From Callorhinchus milii (Eukaryota), in the NCBI RefSeq assembly GCF_018977255.1, contig NW_024704743.1, positions 49,478,001-49,542,000 on the forward strand: 64,000 nucleotides of DNA, written 5' to 3'. Below are positions 41,320 to 54,470 of this stretch, piece by piece. The notes beneath the pieces are model-generated. The model saw only the letters and a program-made list of their open reading frames with translations, made no database searches and was not told where the DNA came from. The position numbers and the translations under genes were made by a program. The stretch's first letter is position 1; each line of letters begins with the position of its first letter.

Positions 41320-42014
41320 AGTCCTATAGCTTAGTGGGTAGAACACTCGCCTCGCAAGCGAGAGTACCTGGGTTTGATTCCCGGGCAGGGCAAAATTGTT
41401 GGGCAAGTTTCCTGACTCCACACCCCTCTGTTTACCTAGTAGTAGGTAGGAATCTGGTTGTTAGTCGATTGGCAGATAACTTTTCCAGGGTTAGTAATTC
41501 CTTCAAAATAACTAAAAATAATTTGGTCACTTGATCCATGACTGTTTGTGGGACACTGCTGTGCACAATTGGCTGCCATACTTCACACACAAAATATATA
41601 CTCAATTCACTTTACAGTATATTCTGTGAAGCGCTTTAATAATAATAATAATAATCCTTGCATTTGATATAGCGCTTTTCACGTCGGGAGGACATCCCAA
41701 AGCGCTTCACAGAACACACTGTAAAGTGAATTGACTGTATATTTGTGGGCGAACGCGGCAGCCAATTGCGCACAGCAATGTCCCACAAACAGTCGTAGAT
41801 TGAAAATGACCAATTTATTATTGTTTTGGGTTTTGGAGGGATTATTATTAGGCGTGTGGAGTAAGGAAACTTGCCCAAGGTTTCGCCCTGCTTGGAATTG
41901 AACTCAGGTCTCTCACTTGCAAAGCGAGTGCTCTAACCACTGAGCTACAGGACTTTGAGACGTCTCGAAGACGTGATAAGGCGCTATATCAAATGCAAGG
42001 ATTATTATTATTAT
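41320..42014 (+). mobile_element. Long-form tRNA SINE (41320-41637 plus 41954-42014) hosting an antisense short SINE
   Basis: Removing 41638-41953 restores ...gtgaagcgcttt|gagacgtctcgaagacgtgataaggcgctatatcaaatgc. Confidence 0.9.
41638..41953 (-). mobile_element. Full-length young tRNA-Ala SINE, short form
   Basis: A box TAGCTCAGTGG, B-box-like GAGTTCAATTCC, (ATT)n tail; near-identical to 24628-24938 and 60810-61151. Confidence 0.92.
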
Positions 42015-42979
42015 AAGACTGAATTAAATAATGTGTGAAATTCTGGACACTCTCAAAATGTTAAATAAAGTGTAAATTTAGACCCACCTGGAATATTTCC
42101 CCGCCAATGTCTATATCTAATTACCTTTAATCTTTTATTGATTTTCAGGAACGTGTATGTTTCCTTTATGAAACCTAGATAGGAAACCAAGCTTCTTGCA
42201 AACAAATTTTGCTGTGGAGATGTGGGCTTTGTACTTTCTTTGAAACTTTGTGCAACACTGACCTTCATAAGCTGCTTCATCAGCTTTGATCCACACAGCT
42301 TTCAATTGATTGGGCATATGATTGTTTTTTTCTGAAAGAATACGTATTACATTCCAACCAAAAGCAATAAAGACAACTGGTGATTGACACGTGGCCCATG
42401 TACTCTCAAATACAGAATTAGTATCTTCAGATCTTCGTATTGTTTGAATAATAGGGGAGGGATTTGATAATCTCTGCTAGTGATCTGATGAAGGAGCCGA
42501 TTGAATATACTTCCTAGGCCAGGGACATTGAGGCCAATTGTAGTATCTCGACTGCTATTCTGGCTGAGGTCAGTAGACATGCCATGGGCCAGCAAAGACC
42601 AGGGAGCAAACCTGGCACCCTCTGACTCCAGACCGAACTGAAGCTTCAGGCTGACACTTCAATTAAGTACTTGGGGGAATGATAGAATGTCAAAGGCTTT
42701 TTTTTATCTAACTTTACACTGAGGTCCAGCCTGCCAGCCCAAGTCCTGTGGTTCAATTTGAAAAGAAAATGGAGTTTCTCCCAAAGCCATGGCTAACAAT
42801 CCTCCGGATGAATCAGTTATTTACCTTGTCATTATAGTCATAATTTGATGTTTTTGAATATTTTTCATAGATTTGTTTTTCACTATGGTTATATAGACCA
42901 CAGTGGTTTGGAACATGAAAAATTTGATCATAAAGTTAATGGTTACATAAGATTGAAAATGCAACAGAAAGACCAGATT

Positions 42980-44040
42980 CAACAACAACAACAATAACAA
43001 CTTGGATTAATATAGCGCCCTCCACGCTGGACAGCGTCTCAGAGCGCTTCACAATAACGGATGCCGGGGCCGAGCCAGGGGGAGGGGGAGCAAGGTGACC
43101 AAAGGCGCGGTCGAAAAGAAAGGTCTTCAGCAGAGATCTGAAAGTGGGAAGAGAGGGGGCGAGGCGAAGGGAGTGAGGAAGGGAGTTCCAGAGCCTCGGG
43201 GCATAGTGGCTGAAGGTACGGCCGTCGATGGTGGAGCGGAGGACTCGGGACGAGGAGGAGGCCAGACCCGGTGGAGCGAAGGCAACGGGTATTGTTGTGA
43301 GGAGAGAGGAGGTCAGAGAGGTAGGGGGTGCAGAGGAGTGAAGGGATTTGAAGACAAGGGTGAGGATTTTGAAGTCGATCCTCTCTGGGACAGGCAGCCA
43401 GTGCAGTCTGGCAAGGACTGGGGTGATCGGGGAGCGGAGTTTGGTGCGGGTGAGAATGCGGGCGGCAGAGTTTTGAATGATCTGGATTTTATGGATGGTA
43501 GTGGATGGGAGACCGGCGAGGAGGGTGTTTGAATAGTTCAGCCAAGAGGTGACAAAGGCATGGACCAGGGTTTCAGCGGCTTTTGGAGAGAGGTATTGGT
43601 GGAGACGGGCGATGTGTCGGAGGTGCAAGAAAGCGGTGCTGGTGAGGGACCCGGATGTGGGGGAGGAAGGATAATTGGGGGTCGAACCTGATGCCTAGGT
43701 TGCGTACAGGTTTGGAGAGTTTTAGTTGATGAGAGCCAAAGAGTATGGCTTCCGTCTTGTCAACCTTCAGCTGAAGGAAGTTTGCGCTCATCCAGCCCCT
43801 GAGATCTGACAGGCAGGCTGACAGAATATCAGGGGACTGGGGGTTGCAAAGTGAGGTGGAAAAATGGAGTTGGGTGTCGTCCGCATACATGTGAAAGTGT
43901 ACCCCATGTCTGCGGATAACATTCCCAAGAGGGAGCATGTAGATCAGAAAGAGGAGGGGGCCAAAGATGGATCTTTGGGTACCCCGCAGGTAACCGGGTG
44001 AGAGCGGGAGGAAAAGCTGTTTGTGCAGATGTACTGCTGG
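42980..44040 (-). mobile_element. L2 LINE 3' 1.05 kb
   Basis: [24 protein letters not shown] and [38 protein letters not shown]; (gtt)n tail. Confidence 0.93.
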
Positions 44041-44479
44041 CCGTTCGTGAATGAATCACAGTCATTACACTTTACAGGAAACTCTGTGAAGCACTTCAAA
44101 TGTTTTGACATGATAAGGAACTATATCAAATGCTATTATTATTACTATTATTCTAATTAAATATATTGGAATAATGGTCTTTCCTAATGAAACATTTTAT
44201 CACAAAGTAATATTTTCCTATGTGCCATTAATTCTTTGTGCAGATTATTCGTTCTCTGTGTAAAATGAGATGAACTGATTCTTGTCTATGAAATGAAACA
44301 GTGATAGGTTAGGCTCATGTCATTAATTTCCTTTATTCACTGAAGAGAACGTGTGCATCAATGTGAAAAGTATTTTGATGGAGCATTTTTTTAAACCTCT
44401 TTTAAATAATAACAATCCTTACACTTATCATAGCCCCTTTCGCAATGGGAGGATGTCCCAAAGCATTTCAAAGGGATAA

Positions 44480-44780
44480 CAATAATAATATTTGCATTTG
44501 ATATAGTCCCTATCATGAGGTCAAGGCGTCTCAAAGCGCTTCACAGGATATACTGTAAAGTGGATTGACTTTATTTTATGGGCAAATGCAGCAGCCAGTT
44601 TGAGCACAGCAACGTCCCACAAACAGGGATGGAGTGAGTAATCAATTTTATTTGGGGGTTTGTTGCCCAGACCATCAGGAGAAACTCCCATCACTTTTCA
44701 AATAGTGCCATGGGATCTTTAACGTCCACCTGAGTAGGCAGACGAGACCTTGGTTTCGCGTCTCATCAGAAGGACGGGTA
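44480..44780 (-). mobile_element. DeuSINE-type SINE
   Basis: gtgccatgggatctttaacgtccacctgagtaggcagacg core plus tail. Confidence 0.78.
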
Positions 44781-47089
44781 ATGTGTAGTCACTGTACACA
44801 TGGACACTGTAAAGTGCAGTGACTGTGTGCTTTGTAGGTGAACATCCAGCCCACTTGCACACAAACAGCCATGGAGTGAGTAACTAATTTTATTTGGGGG
44901 TCATCGGGAAAAACTCCCATCTCTTTTAGAATAATAGCATCCGTACTATTTGTGTTCACTGTTCTTGTGACACCATGTGCAGGTTATAAAACACTTTAGG
45001 GAACTGGCAATGGTAGCAAAAAGAACTGCTGGCTTTGTAAACATGCCTTTGAAATATAGCAGTACACCATGATCTGCAAAGGTTAGTTTGTCATGCATTG
45101 AAGAAAAAAATAATGGGTGTTTAGAAGAAGCAAATAGAAGTTTGGAGAAGGGGAAAGTAGATATTTTAGTGAACAAAATGCTTTGAACCCTTTAAAGATC
45201 AGTGACAGAATTTACTTTTGGACTCTTTTCCTTTATTTTTAGCTTTTTTTGTTTATCTTTCAAATATTTTTTGTTTGAACAGTTTGAGGCCACTGAGTAA
45301 GCAAGATAAATTAACACTTGCAGGGATAGAGTCATTAATCCAGCACCACTTTAGCTTGAGTGTTTCATGTTAATTCACCTCCCACACTCTGTGGGTTTGG
45401 AAATTCCTCCCAGCCAGACTCCCCCCTGGTTTAATTTCCTAAGCATTCCCTCCTTAAACCGAACAAAACATTCAAAAGAAATCAATAGGAGGATTAAAAT
45501 AAAATCAGAGAATATTAAACCAAACATCAATTCTCTACAACTGGATTCTAGAAACAGGAGCAATGATGGTGGATATTAAAACGTACCTTTTTGACTGCAA
45601 CTTATGGTCACCTTCCCCTTCCCCTTCTATCTTGCTCAACGTCGAACTCCACCACTGTTTAGCCCTCTGAGACATCCAGAGTGAAGGGCGCCATTTATAT
45701 GCAAGTTAGTTTTATAATCAGAAATTAATGCTTGTTTGATATGCAACGCTTTATTACAAGGCTGATTTGTTTGTAATACGCAGGGAGTGTAGACACATTC
45801 ACTGAACATGAGCACAGCTGGCCAGCTTGGCTTCCCCGCGCCCTCTGCTCTGTGCATTGTGTTTGCACACCATGAAAGTTAAATCAGCGGCAAACTGATA
45901 ACCTGATATTCAGCCATTTTAAGTTTGTGGAAACAACAATCGGTTACATTTATATAATAATAGTACTTACATTTGGATTTCACGCATTTCATGTCAGGAG
46001 GATGGCTGTAAAGTGGTATGTACTGTACCTTATAGATGAATGCAACAGCGATGCCCCACAAATAAATGACCAGTTTTATTTTGGGGGATGGTTGGCCAGG
46101 AGACTGGGAGAAATTCCCTTCTGTTTTTGAATAATGCCACACGATCTTTAACATTGAGCCTCAGATTTATAGAACACCCCCAGTGCTGCATTGGAATGTC
46201 AATTTAGATAATATGGACTCCTAGTCCTGACGTTGAGAAAAAATCCCTCTCTTTTGGAATTGTACCATGGGATTTTTAACATCCACCTGAAAAGGCAGAC
46301 GGGACCTCAGTTTAACGTCTGGTCCAAAAGATTGCACTTTCAACAATGCAGCCCTCCCTAGCACTATATTGCAGCCTAGACTATGAGCTCCAAGTCCTGA
46401 TGGTTAAGAACTGTAGTACAAAAACCTCAAGCTGTTTGATGATCTGATTTATACTTTGAATGAGAAATTTGCAGAGGAATTCAGAATGTGCCAGCAAATA
46501 GATAGTTCTGTGGATTTACAGTGTTTACTGTGCTGCGGGTTCATTTAAGTAAGCAAACACTACTTTCTTAAGCTTCTGTTGCACAGCAATAATATGTTTT
46601 ATCTGTGCAATCTAGCCCTTGGAGTTACCATTTGATGTTAAACACACAACATTACTTTTGTTATTCTTTAAGGGAACTGGCTGACTGTGGTTTAAGTACC
46701 AGCATCATTTATTTTTATGGGCTTGGTGCTGTTTATTTATTGCCTTTGGTATGTACAGATTGAACTGGTTCAACGTACTGTACTGAATTGTACTATTTTT
46801 ACTATATTTATTTCTGAGAACATTATGGAGCCTCGGGATAAGGTAGTGCACATATTTCAGAAGTCCTGGGCTTGCCTGGTTTTGATAAAGAATCAGTAAA
46901 CATCGATATTCTGCATATCATATTCCTCAATCTGACACAAATTAATTGTTATTGATTTAAAATGTTTTTTTTACAAAGTTGGAAGGAAGGTGAGGCAGAG
47001 TTTCAATAAAACATTTATATAAAACAATATAATAAATAATAATAACAACAACTTGCACTTATATAGCACCCTCCACGCAGGGTAGCATA

Positions 47090-47435
47090 ATAATCCTATT
47101 TGGTATTGCACCTTATCATGTTGGACGGATGAATCAAAGCACTTCACAGGGTTTACTGTGAAATGGAGTTACTGTGTATTTGTAGGCAGCACAATTACAC
47201 GCATAAAAGTCCCACAAAGAGGCACAAAACAAATCACTGATTTTTATATTTTTATTTGGGGGATTATTGACTATGACACCTGGAGTAATTCCCTTCTCTT
47301 TTCGAACAGCATCATGGGGATCTTTAACATCCACCTGAACAGGTAGATGAGACCTCAGTTTAATGTCTTATCCAAAGAATGACACCTCTGACAATGCAGC
47401 ATTCCCCAAACACTGCATTGGAATGTCAGCTTCGA
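47090..47435 (-). mobile_element. Old DeuSINE-type SINE
   Basis: Same core (gggatctttaacatccacctgaacagg..cctcagtttaatgtc) and tail. Confidence 0.72.
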
Positions 47436-48526
47436 TAACGTCATTTATACTTTGAATGAGAAATTTGCAGAGGAATTCAATAAGACTCAGAATTTAACAG
47501 CAAATAGATAGTTTTGTTGATTTACTGGGTTTACCATGCTGCATTGTTGGAGGTGCCAACTTTTGAACTGGACATTAAACTGAGGTCCCGTCTGCCTTTT
47601 CAGATGGATATTAGAAAATTCACTCCAGGACTTGAACCCAAAACCTTCTGACTCAGAGGTGAGGGTGCTACCTCTGACCCAAGCTAACACACTATATCTG
47701 TCTGCCCGCCTGCCCGCCCGTCTGTCCATATGAAAATATGAAAGAATATGAATAAAACAAGATATTGCCTATAGTGATGAGCAACATGCTGCATAATTTC
47801 CTGATGTAGAATAAAATGGGATTGTGTCAAATTATGGTGGGTAAGGTTTTAACCCTCCATTTGCGTAGTCAGTATACTTCAAAGCAACACATTGTTAAAC
47901 ACTTTGAAATATTTCAGTTTTATAATGACAGCTCCCCTTTCCATACAATATTGCTGGTGCTGAAACCCAGCGTTTTCACTCTGTTACACACCATTTTAGT
48001 AGATAACCAATAAGCAACAACCAAGAAAGTAAAGCACACGCAACAATCAAAAAACACTTGCACATGCTGCTTTTTGTCTTACTATTTTACCAACAAATAC
48101 ACAAAAAGGTCAAAGTACATATATATACACCATGCGAACATGAGTGTTGAGATCACATGCCTAATGACCATGACTATTTTTAATTGCTAATCAAAATGCG
48201 GTTTTGCCACAACTGCATTGCCAATTCAACAACAACAACAAGATTATATTTGTATTGCGCCTTTCACGTCGGGTGACTGTCCCAAGGCCGATGGCATGGT
48301 CAAAGAGGAGGGTCTTGAGCCGGGACTTGAAGGAGGCTAAGGAGGGGGCGAGGCAGAGTGATTGGGAGATGGAATTCCAGAGGTTGGGGGCAGAGTGGCT
48401 AAAGGCTTTCCCGCCAATGGTGGGGCGGGTGGGTCGGGGGATGTGGAGCAGGCCAGAGCCGGCTGAACAGAGGGAACGGGTAGGAGGTTAGGAGGTCGCA
48501 GAGGTACATTCACCACGTAGCTAGTG

Positions 48527-49152
48527 CAGGGGTGTCAAACTCATCTGACTGCAAGGGACATTTAAGTTAACACTGTTCACTTGGTGGGCCACACCGTAAA
48601 TAATAATAATAATAATCCTTGCATTTGATATAGCACTTTTCACGTTTTCTCGACGTCTCAAAGCGTTTTACAGAATAGACTGTAAAGTGAATTGACCGTA
48701 TATTTGTGGGTGAAACGCGGCAGCCAATTGCACACAGCAGTGTCCCACAAGCAGTCGTGGATTGAAAATGGCCAATTTATTATTGTTTTCTTTTTGGAGG
48801 GATTATTATTAGGTGTGTGGAGCAAGGAAACTTGCCTAAGGTTTCACCCTGTCTGGAATTAAACCCAGGTGTCTCGCTTGCAAGGCGAGTGGTCTAACCA
48901 CTGAGCTACAGGACTCCACAAAGTCTTGTACATAACACATTGTGTACATAATGTAAGCTGTCATTGACTTAATGGGAATGTCACTCATGCAATGCAGAAC
49001 CCACAGGTTTGAATATACCTCTTATATTAAAGAGAAGGGTTGGTTTAAAGAAAAATTGCAGTACAATATATCAATGCCATTTTACAAACTGATGGACGGC
49101 ATGCCAAATGTCAGCCCACGTTCCACCAGCAGCCATACGTTTGACGCCTCTG
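48527..49152. mobile_element. hAT (Charlie-like) non-autonomous DNA transposon with a nested SINE
   Basis: TIRs CAGGGGTGTCAAAC ... GTTTGACGCCTCTG; 8-bp flanks agCTAGTG / gaCTAGTG resemble a decayed TSD. Confidence 0.75.
48599..48917 (-). mobile_element. Full-length tRNA-Ala SINE, short form
   Basis: Head GGAGTCCTGTAGCTCAGTGGTTAGACCACTCGCCTTGCAAGCGAG; (ATT)n tail. Confidence 0.9.
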
Positions 49153-50876
49153 GACTAGTGGCAAATGTATTGGACAAACCTGCCCTATAGTAGTGAAGTA
49201 TTTATTCTTTATTTGGTCAGCAGTCAGAGTCAACAGATCAGATCTTGGCCCCATCTCTGCCTGTTCAAGTTTGTGTTAATGATCCCATTGCACTATTCAA
49301 AAAGAGAAAGGAGATTCTCCTGGTGTCCTAGCCAATAAAATTGGTCTTTCACTTCATAGCTGTTTGTGGGATCATGCTGTGCACAAATTGGCTACCCAAA
49401 TTTATCCACAAAACACTGCATTTTACATTTTATCCTGCAAAGCACTTTGCGTCGTCCTTCCGGAGTGAAAGTCTCTACATCAAATGTAAGGATTATTATC
49501 TTGGATGATTCACTCCTCATTTTCTTAGCCCAGAGACACTGAGACCTATTGTAATGTAGCTACTGCCTTAGTACAGATTAGCTAACTCAGCGGATTAGTA
49601 CAGATTAGCTAACTCAGCAGATCCTTCTTGGTCTGTACAACTCATTGCCACACACGGCATCATCTTTACCAACTAAGCTTCCTACACGATGATCGAATGG
49701 TAGCATTAACTGCCAAACCATGAAAATATTGCCTTTTGCGTCACACCAGTGATTCGTTTAGCATTCTCCTTGTGCCAAGCAACCACTGGCATGGTGAAAA
49801 AAACAAACAGCTACATGCACACTTTATTCATTTTGATCAAATTACAACTGTGCAAACAAGCACACCCTGTGTTTGTTACTTGATGTATTTCCCTTCTGTA
49901 TCAATTAATCTCATTGAATGATATTGATTCCGTCAAATAATTTCTTTCTGCACTGTTAATGATCCAGATCATAAACCAAATTCTAAATGGAAATTAGAGA
50001 ACAGTGACCTTCATGGGAGGTACCCGAACAAAGCTGATATATGGTATTAATATAGTTATTATTATACAGTATTCCTTTCTGTTCTCAACTTCTGGAACTA
50101 CATCCCGGAACCCCTCCGCCTCACCCCCTTGCCATCTTCAATGCCCATCTGAAGACCCTCCTCTTCAATCATGTTTTGCTCATTCCCTCCTCCACCGTCC
50201 CTTGCCCTCCACCCCTCTCTGATTCCAACCTGCATCTTGGGTGCATGTTATGTTGCCACAAGATACAGAGTCACTACACTTCACCGTGTGACGCTCTTTG
50301 AAGTGTCTTCCTGACTTGAAAGGCGCTATATAAATACAAGAATTATTACTAATCATAGGTGCATTTACTGAAATACTGAAATTCTGGGCTTTGTTGTGTT
50401 CTTGTCAGAATTGTGAATCATCCAAGCAGATAGAGTTGGCATCAAAAAAATAAAATGAGCTTTCCAAATGGCCTAATTTGGTGTACTCACTGGTGTTGAA
50501 GATACAGTGTGATTGGCTAAACCTAGATACATAGAAATCTACAGTGTAGAAGGAGGCCATTCGGTCAAATGAATCAGCAGCACTCATAGAACAATGAGAT
50601 CAGTTCAATCCCACTGCTCTGCTTAATCCCCAAGCCCCTTTAAGACCCTCTCTAAATATTATACAGGAAGCCAAACTTTTAACACCGAACATGTTTGATT
50701 TATTGCATACAGAAAATAAAAAGAATAGAAAATCCATTTTATTGGACACCAAAACAGCTATCCGTGTCACTGGATTGTTAATTTTTCATTTTTGCTGAGT
50801 TTTGTTGATGATTTCTGTTCTTTTGCAATCCAAAAGTTAAAATCTGAGCTGAATCGAATGGAACATCGAATGGAAC

Positions 50877-51026
50877 ATGACCTGACTGCTGTTGGAGAGT
50901 ACTGTACTTACTGCAACAGAAAGTGACAAACAATGTGTTGACAGACTTCCATGGAAGTCTGTCAACACATTGTTTGTCATTTTCTGTTGCAGTAAGTACA
51001 GTACTCTCCAACAGCAGTCAGGTCAT
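50877..51026. repeat. 150-bp spacer-less palindrome (75-bp arms, 1 mismatch)
   Basis: Arm 50877-50951 is the reverse complement of 50952-51026 except for one G/T pair; centre TTCCA|TGGAA. Confidence 0.96.
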
Positions 51027-51149
51027 TGTAAGGTAGGGCTGATTAAACACAATTAATTCCAAAAGAATATTTAACAATACATATTGTTCACCAGAGGGTT
51101 AGTCATAGATGTATTGCTATGAACTTTATTAATTTGAAATAGTCCAGTG

Positions 51150-51605
51150 TTACTCCCCAGCAAAAAGACAATTGAAGGCTTCATAGGTGAGGACCAGGAT
51201 TTTGAACTGGATCCTCTGAAGGATAGGGAGCCAATGGAGTCGAGCGAGAATGGGGAAGATGGGGTCACGGAGTTTGGTGCGGGAGAGGACACGGGCTGCA
51301 GTGTTCTGGATTATCTGCAGCCTGTGGAGGGAGGAGTTGGGAAGGCCGACCACCAGGGCGTTTGCATAGTTGAGCCTGGAGGTGATGAAGGCATGAACAA
51401 GAGATTCAGTGGCCTGAGGGGTGAGGAAGTGGCGGAGTCGGGCGATGTTACGGAAGTGAGGGAAGGCAGAGCGTGTCATGGCTTGGATGTGGGGAAGAAA
51501 AGACAGTTGAAGGTTGAACAAGACACCTAGTTCCTGACTGGCTTGGTGAGTTGAAGTGTGCAACCATGGAGGTTGATGCTGCCAGAGCCTGAGGTGCTGA
51601 GGCAC
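51150..51605 (-). mobile_element. L2 LINE ORF2 C-terminal fragment
   Basis: LGVLFNLQLSFLPHIQ..FRNIARLRHFLTPQATESLVHAFITSRLNYANALVVGLP..LQIIQNTAARVL. Confidence 0.9.
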
Positions 51606-52188
51606 TGGTACGAGCCAATCAGGAGGGCCTAGTTTTAGTTTTCAAACGTGACATTTGTTGCAATAAATCACTCTGTAGATTTTCAGTGTTTCCTTGGATG
51701 ATCTTGCTTTTTCTTCCTGACCAGCAAAGATCGTCCTCCCTTCCAAAGTTTGGCACTTGACACTGGAGAGTCCAGTCTGACAAGTCAGGCCACTGTTCAT
51801 GCATTCTCTGGCAAAATTGATGAATTTCAAAATCCTTGTTTGCAAAGCACATCAGAGGCAATGCATGCTTTCTATCCAAGCCAATTACTTTAGCTGAATA
51901 ACTACAGTAATGTTTGATCCATTTCAAAGGCACTGTAGATGGTGGATTTTGTGACGTTGATGCCTTATGTCGAGCATGGTGGTCTGCAAAAACTAAAGCT
52001 AGTTTAAAATGTGGACTGCTTCTTGTAAGTGAAACAAATGGTGCACAGGTACCAGGCAACAACTCAGTGAACTACAATATTCTCCAACTTGTGCTCAAAT
52101 AAGAATTCTGTCTTATACCCCAATTTCATTATATACCCGGTGAATGTAGATCTTCAAAGATTTTAGCTTGTCATTAGTTTCACTACAG

Positions 52189-52251
52189 GAGTCCTGCTTG
52201 CCCTTGAAACTGTGGTGCATCATGAAACATGATCTCTTCATGGCCACCATG
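52189..52251 (+). other. Candidate 63-nt exon ending in a perfect-Kozak ATG
   Basis: Acceptor ..gtttcactacag|, donor GCCACCATG|GTAAGT; open phase-0 frame ESCLPLKLWCIMKHDLFMATM. Confidence 0.45.
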
Positions 52252-54064
52252 GTAAGTAAGAATTTCTTTTTGATTGCTTCTTCATTTTGTAAAGGAACTT
52301 CACACTGTAAGCAAGGCATCAATCACTTCATGAAGTGAATACTATTGACTTTGTTTCCGCTTGTGATGATTCTTAGATTTATTCTTAATCGTCGGAAAAC
52401 TGCACTATTTTCATTTCAGCTCACGCATGTACTTAAACAAGAGTGAATGTTAAGATCAAGCATGTGACCAGAGTGCAGGAGTTTAAAGCTGATCCAACAC
52501 CTTCAAGTAAAGAGTCATAGATTGGGTCATAGATTGGAAACTCTGGCTTAGCCGTTTTTGAAGGCATCATCCAACTTCTTCAAGAAGCTCACAGGCACTA
52601 CAAAGCCACATCACATTGCTTTTGAAGTGTATTTAGAGTTTCTGGATGAGTGCAGCAATGGGTGCAGTGTTCTTGGACTCCACAACATCTAGGGCAGGCA
52701 GGACGATATGCCTGGCCCTCTGTTACTTTTAGGAGTGAATATTGATGACTACAGCAAGTTTTGGGCATCTATCAATTTTCAGGGCAAACTGAAATTAAAT
52801 TTCTCATATGGTTAACATCAGCCTGGAATGCTTCCAGCAGGTATTTGCAATTCTTTTTGCTGCATTTTGGCAGTAGGAGCATTCTTCCAGTAAAGGTCAC
52901 CAATGGAATCAATCTGGTTTACACTCATTTCAGAATGAAGATGGGCCTCTGAGAATTTGTGAACACAATATATTTATCCTCACATTTTCTTCAACGCACA
53001 TCTGGCTTAGCCTATTATAAGGACTGGAACAGGTTGCCAGGAAGGGTGGTTGTGACCATGATACTGGACTCATTTAAAAACCAGCTTGATGTTGTGATGG
53101 CACAATGGTATGGTGGGTAACCTGGATGGAAGAATTGAGGGTCTTCTTCATCCAAACAAATCTTGTGATTACCATGTTTGTTGGTGAGTTCTTAAGTCTG
53201 GCACATATCTGTGTTTATGCGTGTCCAGCCTTTTCAATGCTTTTTTAATTGCTGTCCCACACTGTTTGAACATAGAGAACAATGAGTCAGTTTACAACTC
53301 TAGGTCTCTTTCGGCTTTCCTCTTTGCAACTTCTTTCTGGGACTTGGATATGAATAAATCTTGGACAGAAAGGATCAATCTCTCTCTCTCTCTTTCTCCA
53401 TCTGTCTGTCAGACTGTCTGCTTGCCTGCCTGCCTGCCTGTCTGTCTGTCTCTCACATATGTTCTTGCTCTCTCTTTTTCTCTCATATATTCTGTCAGTC
53501 TATTATTTGGCTATACTTACAATTGAAATGTATTCTAAATGCTAATATTCAGATATCTAAGAACAGCATTAGATAGAGTTTTGCACTTACTTATTTATAA
53601 TAACTTCAAAAGGTACCCCTACAGACATCCGTTATAAAGACCTTCCCTGCTCTCCTCCCCATCTGACCCCAACTCCCAGCTCGGGTTCAAAACTCCTGAT
53701 TATCCAGCGCCCTGGGTCGTCTTTCCGACGTGAAGGGTGCTATACAAGTGTAATTTGTTGTTGTTGTCTGTCTCTCATATGTTATCTCTCTCACGTTCTG
53801 ATTGTCTGCCTGTCTTATTTTCTCTCTTCTCCCTCCCATGCTGTTGTTCTCTCCCTCTCTCTTTCATATGTTCTTAAAAGTAAGAATCCTTGCATTTAAT
53901 ACAGCACCGTATCATGTCGTCAAGATGTCTCAAAGAGCTTCACATGATTTAAAGTTAGTGACTATTATTTGGGCAAACAGGGCACCCAATTTGCACATGG
54001 CAATGTCCTACAAACTGTCATAAAATGAATAACAGATTTTATCTGTGGGACTGTTGGCCAGGAT

Positions 54065-54470
54065 GCTGGGATTCAAAAGGATAGTTACAGATAAGCTATT
54101 TCCGCCACTGGGGGAGTCCAGAACAAGGGACATATGTGCTTGCGACTGCCAGGAAGGTGGAAGGCGAACTAGATGGACCTTGGTCTTTTTTCGTCTAGCA
54201 TTTCTTATGTTCTTAAGGGGGCATAATCTTTAAATTAGAGCTAGGCCATTTAGGAGTGAAATCAGGAACCACTATTCCCCCCAAAAGGCTGAGGTTGCTG
54301 GATCAGTTGAAATTTTCAAGACCGGGGTCGATAGATTTCTCTTAGGTAAGGGTAGCAAGTGATATGGAGCAAAGGTGTTAAATGGAGTTGAGGTACAGAT
54401 CAGCCATGATCTAATGCAATGGTGGGACGGAGTGGCTCACTGCTGCTCTTTTGTTCCTATGTTTCTATGT
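54065..54470 (+). mobile_element. CR1 3' end(s)
   Basis: KLFPPLGESRTR.H-type CR1 C-terminus and 3' UTR ending in gttcctatgtttctatg, with a second short tail nested at ~54140-54215. Confidence 0.75.

Noticed and set aside
49568..49622. 27-bp tandem duplication (similar small ones at ~37183-37222 and ~35112-35142)
   Set aside because: Ordinary slippage duplications in or near decayed repeats.
51619..52062. 147-aa minus-strand ORF (also 54520-54993 and 40120-40647)
   Set aside because: No recognisable domain, no ATG-initiated start and no supporting splice structure; most likely chance ORFs.
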